Positions 46,957-57,854 of a stretch of DNA of 64,000 nucleotides are shown piece after piece. The notes beneath the pieces are model-generated. The model was given only the letters and a program-made list of their open reading frames with translations. It was not told the DNA's origin and ran no database searches. Source of the DNA: Acidobacteriota bacterium (GTDB lineage Bacteria > Acidobacteriota > Thermoanaerobaculia > Gp7-AA8); NCBI GenBank assembly GCA_019244185.1, contig JAFATB010000006.1, forward strand, positions 288,001-352,000, read 5' to 3'. Numbering within the stretch: the stretch's first letter is position 1; every line of letters begins with the position of its first letter. A program made the translations under genes and the position numbers.

Positions 46957-48312
46957 ATGTACCTAAGATTTCAATCCCTTGTCGACGCCGATCCGCACGC
47001 GGCGGCGCTGATCGACGGCGAGCGCGGCACGCTCGTCACGCGCGCGGAACTGCTCGACCGCGCCGCCGAGCTCGCCGCGCGCCTCTCCGCCTCCGGCCTT
47101 CGCGAACGCGACGCGCTCGCGGTGAAGCTCCCGAATTCCATCGACCTCGTCGCGGTGATTCTCGCCGCGTTGCGCCTCCGCCTCGTCCTCATCCCGATCG
47201 ACCGCGACGCGAACGAATCCGAAGTCGCCTCGATCCTCGGCCACTTCGCCGTCAAAGGTCTCGCCTATCGCTCTGATCCCGAGACCACGTCGTTCTCGAC
47301 GCGCAGCGTTGCGGAGCGCCCGCTCGTTCCCGACGACGCCGTGCTCGTCAAGCTGACGTCGGGCTCGACCGGCAAGCCGAAGGGCATCGTCACGACGGAA
47401 GCGAACCTCCTCGCCGACTGCACGAACATCTGCGCGACGATGGACATCCGAGCCATGGACGTTAATCTCGGCGCGATCCCGCTGTCGCATTCGTACGGCT
47501 TCTCGAACCTCGTCACGCCGCTCTTCGTGCAGGGCACCGCGCTCGTCATCACGAATGACTACCTGCCGCAGTCGCTGATCGAGCTCGCGAACCGCCACGG
47601 CTGCACGGTCGCGCCGCTCATCCCGATGGTCTTCGAGCATCTCGCGAGCGCCGCGCACGGCGAGTTCACGAGCATCCGGACGTTTCTCTCCGCCGGCGCT
47701 CCGCTGCCGCCGTCGACGTCGCGCCGTTTCCGCGAGCGCTTCGGCGCGGCGATTCATTCGTTCTATGGCTGCAGCGAATGCGGCGGCATCACGTACGACC
47801 GCGCGGGCGGCGCCGTCGAGCGCGGCACCGTCGGCACGCCGCTCGACGGCGTCACGCTCGCGCTCGAGCGCGGACGTCTCACCGTGCGCAGCGCGTCCGT
47901 CGCCGCGGGGTATCTCTTCGATGCGGCGACGTTCACGCCGTTCCCGAACGGCGCGTTCACGACGGACGATCTCGTCGAGCTGCGCGCGGACGGCGAGGTC
48001 GCGCTGACCGGACGCGCGAGCGATCTGATCAACACCGCCGGCAAGAAGGTGAACCCGCGCGAAGTCGAGGCGGTGATCCTGCAGCTCGACGGCGTGCGCG
48101 AGGCGAAGGTCTACGGCGAGGCGGCCGGAGCGCGCGGCGAAGTCGTGGCCGCGGCGGTCGTGGCGACGCCGAACGTGACGCGCGAGCTCGTACGCGAGTT
48201 CTGCCGCGCGCGGCTCTCCGCGCACAAGGTCCCGCGCATCGTGAAGCTCATCGAGGAGCTGCCGGTGGATGAGCGGGGGAAGGTTCGGCGCGCGGCTCTG
48301 GCGACGCTATAG
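46957..48312 (+). CDS. AMP-dependent acyl-CoA/acyl-ACP ligase
   Basis: LTSGSTGKPKG, HSYG, SAGAPL, FYGCSE, GRASDLI; start MYLRFQ at 46957. Confidence 0.9.
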   Translation: MYLRFQSLVDADPHAAALIDGERGTLVTRAELLDRAAELAARLSASGLRERDALAVKLPNSIDLVAVILAALRLRLVLIPIDRDANESEVASILGHFAVKGLAYRSDPETTSFSTRSVAERPLVPDDAVLVKLTSGSTGKPKGIVTTEANLLADCTNICATMDIRAMDVNLGAIPLSHSYGFSNLVTPLFVQGTALVITNDYLPQSLIELANRHGCTVAPLIPMVFEHLASAAHGEFTSIRTFLSAGAPLPPSTSRRFRERFGAAIHSFYGCSECGGITYDRAGGAVERGTVGTPLDGVTLALERGRLTVRSASVAAGYLFDAATFTPFPNGAFTTDDLVELRADGEVALTGRASDLINTAGKKVNPREVEAVILQLDGVREAKVYGEAAGARGEVVAAAVVATPNVTRELVREFCRARLSAHKVPRIVKLIEELPVDERGKVRRAALATL

Positions 48313-49813
48313 CGCGGCGCCGCATCCGCCGCACCTTCCACTGCAACCGCAGCGCATCGAGCTCGGCGCGCATCCAGAACATCCAGCCGCGAACGGCCAT
48401 GCGGATCGGCGCGAAGCCGAGGTTGTAGTACGCGGTGATGCGGCGTCCGTCGTTGCGCGCGCCTTCTTCGCCGGCGGCGCGGCGCAGTTCTGCGATCGCT
48501 TTGAAGCGCCGGTTGTAGAGCTGCATGAAGTGATAGCTGATGAACGCCGGCTTCGGCCCGAGCACCGGCATCCAGTCGAAGCGGCGCAGGATGCGATACG
48601 CGTGGATCACCACGAAGATGTAGTACTGCGCGGTATCGATGAGGAACGACGCCGAGAGCAGATCGGCCTCGCCCATGTAGTAGTACTTGTCCTTGTAGGC
48701 GGCGCGGAAGAAGCGTTCGTACGAGCGTGCGAACGTCGCGTTGTGCTCGGCGATGCGCGCGGTGACGTCCTCGCCCATCTGCTGCTGCTTGATGATGCCG
48801 ACCGTGGCGTCGACGGTGAACGCCGCGTGATCGAGTCCCGGCGAGTAGTACGGATCGAGGAATGCCGCGGCATCGCCGAGGAGCGACCAGCCGCGTCCCA
48901 TGTACTGCTTCGAGACGTACGGCAGGTGCGAGTAGAAGCGCAGATCTTCGAGCCGCGGCTCGGCGCCGTCGAGGATCTCGGAGAGCGACGGAATGGCTTT
49001 CAGAAACGCGACGAAGTCTTCCGCGCGGTTCTTGCTGTGATGGAGATCGACGAGGCGTTTGTCGAAGACGACGCCGATGCTCGTCTCGCTGTTGCCGAGC
49101 GGAATGACCCAGATCCAGAAGCCGTAGCCGGTGTAGTGATTCGTCGCGAGGCGGCGCGAGCCGACGTTGTTCGGTGCGATGCCGAGGCGCACGGCGAGAT
49201 CGTCGATGTGCCGGACGTTCTTCCAGCGGCACCAGATGGCGGCAGTGGGATGCTCGTCGTTGCGCGTGACGAGATCGAGCTTGCGTCCGATGAAGTTCGC
49301 GCGGCCGGTCGCGTCGAGGATCCACTTGCACGTGATCGTGCGCATCGCGCCGCCGGCGCCGAGCGTCAGCGTGTGCGAGAACTCGCCGAGCGCGACGTCG
49401 AGCGCGCGCGCGGGACGCCACAGATCCGCGCCTTCCGCGACGGCGGTGGCGAGCAGATGCTCGTCGAGCGCATCGCGGCGCAGCTGAAAGGCGGGGACCG
49501 TGCTGCGGATGTAGCCGCCGGCTTCGGTCGCATTCGCGTGGCCGGTGACTTTCGCGTTCGAGAACCAGTAGCGCAGCCCTTCCTTCGGCAGCTGTTCGCG
49601 TTCAAGGTGGTGCCACATCGCGAGGCGGCGCGTGAGGAACATCGCCGACATCTCCGTCGTGGCCTCGCCGACCTTCTCGTCGAACGCTTCCGCTTTCTCG
49701 ACGATGAGCACGCGCAATGCGGGGAGCTCGCGGCGCAGCAGAATGGCGGCGGCAGCGCCGCTGAAGGCGCCGCCGAGCACGACGACGTCGTACGAGCCGG
49801 GCGAGTCGGGCAT
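48248..49813 (-). CDS. Flavin-dependent halogenase-like oxidoreductase
   Basis: VVLGGAFSG, KVGEAT, LPKEG, DATGR, WIWVIP, GDAAAFLDPYYSPG (F-x-x-P-x-x-S-x-G). Confidence 0.8.
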   Translation of the reverse strand: MPDSPGSYDVVVLGGAFSGAAAAILLRRELPALRVLIVEKAEAFDEKVGEATTEMSAMFLTRRLAMWHHLEREQLPKEGLRYWFSNAKVTGHANATEAGGYIRSTVPAFQLRRDALDEHLLATAVAEGADLWRPARALDVALGEFSHTLTLGAGGAMRTITCKWILDATGRANFIGRKLDLVTRNDEHPTAAIWCRWKNVRHIDDLAVRLGIAPNNVGSRRLATNHYTGYGFWIWVIPLGNSETSIGVVFDKRLVDLHHSKNRAEDFVAFLKAIPSLSEILDGAEPRLEDLRFYSHLPYVSKQYMGRGWSLLGDAAAFLDPYYSPGLDHAAFTVDATVGIIKQQQMGEDVTARIAEHNATFARSYERFFRAAYKDKYYYMGEADLLSASFLIDTAQYYIFVVIHAYRILRRFDWMPVLGPKPAFISYHFMQLYNRRFKAIAELRRAAGEEGARNDGRRITAYYNLGFAPIRMAVRGWMFWMRAELDALRLQWKVRRMRRRAIASPEPRAEPSPAHPPAAPR

Positions 49814-49832
49814 GCTAGGATTCGCGTCCCTC

Positions 49833-50456
49833 ATGGAGTCGATTCGGCATCTGCTGCATTACCTCAGCGACGTGCGCGGCCTCGTGCAGACGGGCGGCTA
49901 CATCGCGCTGGCCATTATCGTCTTCATCGAGACGGGACTCATGGTCGGATTTTTTCTGCCGGGCGATTCGCTGCTCGTGACCGCGGGCCTCTTCGCCGCG
50001 AAAGGCGACCTCAACATCGTTCTTCTCAATCTGCTGCTGATGGTCTGCGCGATCGCCGGCGATGCGACCGGCTACTTCATCGGCCGCCGCCTCGGGCCCG
50101 CGCTCTTCCGCCGCGAGGACTCGCTGCTCTTCAAGAAAAAGCACCTCATCGCCGCGCATGACTTTTACGAGCGCCACGGCGGCAAGACCATCATCATCGC
50201 GCGCTTCGTGCCGGTGATCCGCACGTTCGCGCCGGTCGTGGCCGGCATCGGCAACATGGGCTACCGCCGCTTCGCCGCGTTCAACGTCATCGGCGGCACG
50301 GCGTGGGTGTTCTCGATGACGATGATCGGCTACCTGCTCGTGACGATCTTCCCGGCGACGGAGAAGCACATCGAGACGGTGATCATCGTCGTGATCGCGC
50401 TGTCGCTGCTGCCGGGCGTGATCGAGTGGCTGCGCGCGCGGCGTTCCGCGGCGTAA
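49833..50456 (+). CDS. dedA: DedA family membrane protein
   Basis: FIETGL.VGFFLPGDSLL, ARFVPVIRTFAP; start MESIRH at 49833. Confidence 0.92.
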   Translation: MESIRHLLHYLSDVRGLVQTGGYIALAIIVFIETGLMVGFFLPGDSLLVTAGLFAAKGDLNIVLLNLLLMVCAIAGDATGYFIGRRLGPALFRREDSLLFKKKHLIAAHDFYERHGGKTIIIARFVPVIRTFAPVVAGIGNMGYRRFAAFNVIGGTAWVFSMTMIGYLLVTIFPATEKHIETVIIVVIALSLLPGVIEWLRARRSAA

Positions 50457-50462
50457 TTCAGC

Positions 50463-51038
50463 TCACGCGGCCGCATGCGCGGCGTTGCCGCGAAGCGCGG
50501 CGACCGCCTGCTCCGCCTGCCACAGATGCCGGCGCTCGTGCGCGGCGATGATGCGGAACGCGGAGTAGACGTTGTAGCGCACGCGCTTGTCGAACGGCGA
50601 GACGACTTTGATGCGCTGCAGGTCGTACGCGCGCGCGTCGTGCAGAAGGTCGATGAGCTGTTCCTGCAGCCGCGCGAACTCGTTGAGCGCTTCCGCTTTC
50701 GCGCGCACGGAACGCGGCACGAACGGCGCCGTGGTCTTCGAGCGGATGCGGGTCGGCGGCTCGAGGAACCAGCGCAGCACGCGTCCGAGGACGTCCATCT
50801 TCGGCGCGCGGGCGGCGGTGAGACCGCGCTGCTTCGCCTCGTCGATCGCCTTGCGCAGCACGGGGAGAAACATCTGCGTTGACAGGCTGAGGTGCGAGAG
50901 GCATTCGGCGGCGGACCAGCTGCCGGGATTCGGGCGCACGGTGAAGAGACGGCCGCTCGTTGAGGTGACGAGTGTCGCCGCGCGCGAGGTGGCCTCGTGC
51001 AGTTCCCGTTCGACGTCGTCCAGTACTTCCACCGCCAC
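50463..51038 (-). CDS. DinB-like (DinB_2) family protein
   Basis: GSWSAAECLSHL...AHERRHLWQA; GTG at 51038 with GAAGGAG RBS. Confidence 0.82.
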   Translation of the reverse strand: MAVEVLDDVERELHEATSRAATLVTSTSGRLFTVRPNPGSWSAAECLSHLSLSTQMFLPVLRKAIDEAKQRGLTAARAPKMDVLGRVLRWFLEPPTRIRSKTTAPFVPRSVRAKAEALNEFARLQEQLIDLLHDARAYDLQRIKVVSPFDKRVRYNVYSAFRIIAAHERRHLWQAEQAVAALRGNAAHAAA

Positions 51039-51040
51039 TG

Positions 51041-51859
51041 CTACGACTCCTTCTTCAGAATCGCCTCGCCCAGCTCGCGCGAGCGGCGCGTCGCCGCTTC
51101 GACCGCATTCATCAGCGTCGTGCGCACGCCGCCGTTCTCCAGCGTATGCAAACCCGTGATCGCCGTGCCGCCGGGCGAGGTGACCATGTCCTTCAACCGT
51201 CCGGGATGCTCGTTCGTTTCCAGCAGCAGCTTCGCCGATCCGAGCACCGTCTGCGCCGCGAGCAGTTGCGCCGTGCGGCGCGACAAGCCGACCTTCACGC
51301 CCGCATCGCTCAGCGCTTCGAGAATCAGGAACACGTAGGCCGGCCCTGAGCCGGAGAGCCCCGTCACGGCGTCGAGCTGCGATTCCTCGAGGATGACCGT
51401 GAGCCCGATCGCGTCGAAGATCCGCTTCGCGTCGGCGAGATCCGATTCGCGCGCATGCTCGCCGCCGGCGATCGCCGTCGCCGCCGCGTCGACGAGCGCC
51501 GGCGTATTCGGCATCGCGCGCACCACGCGCGTCCCGCTCGCCAGCCGTGCCTGAATCGCCGCGACCGGGATCCCCGCCGCGATCGAAATCACCAGCGCAT
51601 CCGGCGCGATCGCGTCCGCGACTTCCTCGAGCACGCGACTCAGAATCTGCGGCTTGACGGACAACACCACGATGCGCGCCGCCGCCGGAACCTTGTTGTC
51701 CGTCACCGCCTCGATCGCATACCGCTCGCGCAACTCCCGAGCGCGCTCTTCCCGCGGCGCACTCGCCGAAATCTGCTCGGCGGTGAAGGTCCCGCGGAGC
51801 AACCCGCGAATCATCGCCTCCGCCATGTTGCCGGCGCCGATGAAGCCGATGGTGGTCAT
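51041..51859 (-). CDS. proC: Pyrroline-5-carboxylate reductase
   Basis: IGFIGAGNMA, VKPQ, RAMPNTPA, SGSGPAY, VTSPGGT; ATG at 51859. Confidence 0.96.
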   Translation of the reverse strand: MTTIGFIGAGNMAEAMIRGLLRGTFTAEQISASAPREERARELRERYAIEAVTDNKVPAAARIVVLSVKPQILSRVLEEVADAIAPDALVISIAAGIPVAAIQARLASGTRVVRAMPNTPALVDAAATAIAGGEHARESDLADAKRIFDAIGLTVILEESQLDAVTGLSGSGPAYVFLILEALSDAGVKVGLSRRTAQLLAAQTVLGSAKLLLETNEHPGRLKDMVTSPGGTAITGLHTLENGGVRTTLMNAVEAATRRSRELGEAILKKES

Positions 51860-52191
51860 GGGTGGTGTGCCTCGATGGCCGCGAGGAGCGGCGGGAGATC
51901 GTCGCGAACCACGGCCCAGACGCGCCGCAGGTCGACGTCCCAATATTGATGCGCGAGCAGGTTGCGCATTCCGCGAATCTGCGACCACGGAATGCCCGGA
52001 ATCGCCGCCATCGCTGCATCCGGCAGCTTGCCGACCGCTTCGCCGATGAGCTCGAGCCGGTGGACAACGGAGTCCTGCGTTTGCACGTCTGCCTCGAACT
52101 TGGCGAAATCGAGGCCGTCGACGTACTGACGAGCAAGGCGCGCCGAAACCAAGATGTCCTCGAGGAGTTCGCGCGGCTCACGCGACGTCAA
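51856..52191 (-). CDS. HepT/DUF86 HEPN ribonuclease toxin
   Basis: IGEAV, IPWSQIRGMRNLLAHQY (R-x4-H-x-Y). Confidence 0.9.
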   Translation of the reverse strand: MTSREPRELLEDILVSARLARQYVDGLDFAKFEADVQTQDSVVHRLELIGEAVGKLPDAAMAAIPGIPWSQIRGMRNLLAHQYWDVDLRRVWAVVRDDLPPLLAAIEAHHP

Positions 52192-52492
52192 GCAGCACCG
52201 CCGAGTTGAGGATCGAGTCGCGCCGGTAGCGATTCAGACTGCGCTCGACGCCGTAGCGCGTCAGCAGGTCGACGTCGCGGCCGAACATGCGCTCCAGCTC
52301 CGCCTTCATGTCGACCATGTGCAGCAGCGACCACTCCGCATCCTCCGCGAACGAAACCATCACATCCACATCGCTGTCCGGCCGGAAGTCCTCGCGGACG
52401 GCACTCCCGAAAAGCGCAAACTCCGTGATCTTCCACTTGCGGCAGAAGTCACGGAGTTTGTCTTTATCGATGTCGATGGCGAGGTGCGGCAT
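52178..52492 (-). CDS. MntA-type minimal nucleotidyltransferase antitoxin
   Basis: LFGSAVREDFRPDSDVD, FGRDVDL. Confidence 0.9.
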   Translation of the reverse strand: MPHLAIDIDKDKLRDFCRKWKITEFALFGSAVREDFRPDSDVDVMVSFAEDAEWSLLHMVDMKAELERMFGRDVDLLTRYGVERSLNRYRRDSILNSAVLLDVA

Positions 52493-52517
52493 GCGGCTTC
52501 AGTTTACGCCGCGGGGT

Positions 52518-55253
<2,736 letters not shown>

Positions 55254-55276
55254 CGAAATTAAACCTTATCGCAAAG

Positions 55277-56104
55277 TCAGCGCCGGAGGAGTTCCAGGCG
55301 CGCGTAGGCCATCCAGGTCTGGTGGCCCAGGAAGATCACCAACGCAAAATAGAGCACGGCAATTGCCGCCCGCTGTCCGGCGGTGACCTCGTAGAAGCGT
55401 TTGTCCGTTTTCTCGCGGACGATCGAGGCGTAGACCTGGAACGCGGCGAGCACGGCAATGAGGATGATCAGCGGGTTGGGCTGGTCGATCACTTTGTAGA
55501 CGACCGCGCCGCCGCCGAGAACCCACATCCACTTCGTCACCGCGGCGGAGATGCGTCCGCCGTCGAGCATGCCGATCGGAATGAGATTCATCAAGTTGAG
55601 CGCGAAGCCGAGCAGCGCGATGAGGAGCCACGTCGGCTCGCGCTGCCATTTGTAGATCTCGAGCGTGACGAGCGACGCCGCCGTGCCGGCGGCGGGACCG
55701 GCCAGGCCGATGATGGCGTCGTCGAACGCGGAGCGCGGCTGGTCCTTGAGCGTGACCGCGCCGCCGACGAACGGGATGAACACCATGAAGCCGGCGCGCA
55801 GACCTTTCATGCGGATGGCCACGGCGTGGCCGATCTCGTGGATCAGCGTGATGACGACGAAGCCGATGACGACGGCGAGCGGCGCCTGCGTGGCGTACGC
55901 CGCGATCGTGACGACGAACGAGCCACCGGCGACGGCGTACTGCATCGCGCCGAAGCCTTCGAACGGATTGACGAAGAACGCGCGCCCGCGCTCGAGGAAC
56001 AGCAGCAGCAGCGCCTTCATCTTCAGCGCGATCACGCCGAGGAGCAAAACGGCGCCGGAAAAGATTTGGGGAAGGGTGCGGCGGCGAGGCTGTGGGGAGT
56101 CCAT
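55277..56104 (-). CDS. Site-2 protease (M50) family
   Basis: IHEIGH, AGP, NLIPIGMLDGG. Confidence 0.9.
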   Translation of the reverse strand: MDSPQPRRRTLPQIFSGAVLLLGVIALKMKALLLLFLERGRAFFVNPFEGFGAMQYAVAGGSFVVTIAAYATQAPLAVVIGFVVITLIHEIGHAVAIRMKGLRAGFMVFIPFVGGAVTLKDQPRSAFDDAIIGLAGPAAGTAASLVTLEIYKWQREPTWLLIALLGFALNLMNLIPIGMLDGGRISAAVTKWMWVLGGGAVVYKVIDQPNPLIILIAVLAAFQVYASIVREKTDKRFYEVTAGQRAAIAVLYFALVIFLGHQTWMAYARLELLRR

Positions 56105-56152
56105 TAGGGCTCGGGAGGGGAGAACGCGGAAGGGACGGAGGTATTCCGAGGG

Positions 56153-56252
56153 AAAAGCTGAATGAAGAATGCAGAACGCAGAATGAAGAATTGAGAAAGG
56201 GGACCGGCGCGGGTTCTCAATTCTTCATTCTGCGTTCTGCGTTCTTCATTCA
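56153..56252. repeat. Heptamer-built palindromic element, copy 3 (between divergent genes)
   Basis: AAAAGCT GAATGAA GAATGCA GAACGCA GAATGAA GAATTGA GAA, loop, then TTC TCAATTC TTCATTC TGCGTTC TGCGTTC TTCATTC. Confidence 0.92.
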
Positions 56253-56270
56253 TCCTTTACGATTCGCCCC

Positions 56271-57854
56271 GTGTCCGACGTCGACTCGCTTCGCGCGCAG
56301 CTGCGCGACCGCGGATATCTCACGCATGGAATCGAGCGCTGGTTTGCGCTCGATCCGTGGAGCTCGCGCGCGTTCTGGCTGGAGCTGACGCTGGTCGCGC
56401 TGAAGGCGGCCACGTTGATCGCGGCGTTCGCGGCGCTGCCGATGACGGCGGTGATGCTCGTCCGCAATGCACCGGTGAGCGCGTACGAGACGTTCGCGCT
56501 GTTCGTGTCGTACGCGGCGGCGTGGCTCGTGGCGGTGTTTGCGCTCGTGGTGATCATTGCGCTCGTGCTGAAGGTGCGTCCGGCGCTGCCGATCGACACG
56601 CCGCGGGCGCTGCTGGCGATTTCCGTCGCGGCGGGCGCGCTGCTGGTCGCGCCGGTCGCGTTGTGGTGGTCGCGTTTCGACACGAGTCCGGCGACGGGCG
56701 AGCTCGTGATCGGCGTCGCGTTGTCGGCGGCGTACTTTCTCGTGGCGACGCTCGTCGTCTCGGCGGCGCTGCTGTCGTTCTCGATCTATGAAGTGCGGCG
56801 CATTCCGGCGATCCATCAGAAGCCGCGCGGTGTGCCGCTCGCGGTCGCGGCGGCGGCGCTCATCGCGCTGCTGTTCGTGCCCGCGTACGCGAGCCGCGAG
56901 CGCGTGGCGTCCGAGCCGATGGTCGTGACGACGCCGACGTCGCGCAACGTCGCACTGATCGCGGTCGACGGCCTCACGTACGAGATCTTCGAGTCGCGTC
57001 CCGATCTCGCGCACGCGTTGCGCGCCACGCCGATCGCCGCGATCCCCGGCGATTCGACCACCGAACGCTGGGCGTCCCTCGGCACCGGCGTGCGCACGGA
57101 CGCGCACGGCGTACGGGCGATCGAAGGCGTTCGCTTCCCCGGCGGCGCGCACATCCTGCAGCGCATCTCGCGCGCCGACTTCGTCCTGCTGCACGGCCTC
57201 GCGCGCCGCGAGCCGCTGCCGCCGACCGTGCGGCGCCGCGACTACCTCTGGGAAGTCGTCGCGCGCCGCGGCCTGCCCGCGCTCGCGGTCAACTGGTGGA
57301 CGACCGCCGACGTGCGCGAAGGCGCGCTGACGTCCGTCGGTCCCGACCGCATTTTCGGCAGCGCAGGCGCCGATCCGGTGCGGCTCGACAACGTCGCGCG
57401 CGCCGCGTTTCTCCAGCGCCTGACGTCCGCGCCGCGCTTCGCCACCGTCTACCTCCCCGCGCTCGACGTCATCCTCAATCGCCTCGAGCTCGACCGCACG
57501 ATGCAGCTCGCGCAGTCGCTGCGCGTGCTCGACGGACTCACGCGTCTCATCGGCGAGCTGCGCGCGCGCGGCTACGACGTCGTGGTGGTCGGGCTGCCCG
57601 GCGACGGCCAGCGCGGCGCGGCGGTGCTCGCGTCGGATCTTCCATTGCACGCGACGAGCGCCTGGGATGTCGCGCCGACGCTGCTCGACCTCCTCGGCTT
57701 TCCGCTCTCCGCCGAAATGCCCGGCAAATCCGCGGCGAGCACGAATCCTGAACCGCGCATCGCCACGTACGGCGCGCGCACGTCCGCCGCGTCCGCCACG
57801 ACGCTCAACCAGGAGTACTACGACAACCTTCGATCGTTGGGATACATCCGATGA
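56271..57854 (+). CDS. Multi-TM membrane protein with alkaline phosphatase/sulfatase-superfamily C-terminal domain
   Basis: About six hydrophobic segments; VALIAVDGL, WASLGTG...HGV, DVAPTLLDLLG, LRSLGYI. Confidence 0.75.
   Translation: MSDVDSLRAQLRDRGYLTHGIERWFALDPWSSRAFWLELTLVALKAATLIAAFAALPMTAVMLVRNAPVSAYETFALFVSYAAAWLVAVFALVVIIALVLKVRPALPIDTPRALLAISVAAGALLVAPVALWWSRFDTSPATGELVIGVALSAAYFLVATLVVSAALLSFSIYEVRRIPAIHQKPRGVPLAVAAAALIALLFVPAYASRERVASEPMVVTTPTSRNVALIAVDGLTYEIFESRPDLAHALRATPIAAIPGDSTTERWASLGTGVRTDAHGVRAIEGVRFPGGAHILQRISRADFVLLHGLARREPLPPTVRRRDYLWEVVARRGLPALAVNWWTTADVREGALTSVGPDRIFGSAGADPVRLDNVARAAFLQRLTSAPRFATVYLPALDVILNRLELDRTMQLAQSLRVLDGLTRLIGELRARGYDVVVVGLPGDGQRGAAVLASDLPLHATSAWDVAPTLLDLLGFPLSAEMPGKSAASTNPEPRIATYGARTSAASATTLNQEYYDNLRSLGYIR

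Noticed and set aside
48248-48312. Convergent 3' overlaps (also 8842-8885 and 14352-14380) as antisense regulation
   Set aside because: Short tail-to-tail overlaps are common in GC-rich genomes where stop codons are scarce; there is no further support.
50463-52181. 572-aa ORF suggesting a HepT-ProC-DinB fusion or frameshift
   Set aside because: Only the last ~190 codons (from GTG 51038, with an RBS) look like DinB. The rest is an off-frame reading of intact hepT and proC.
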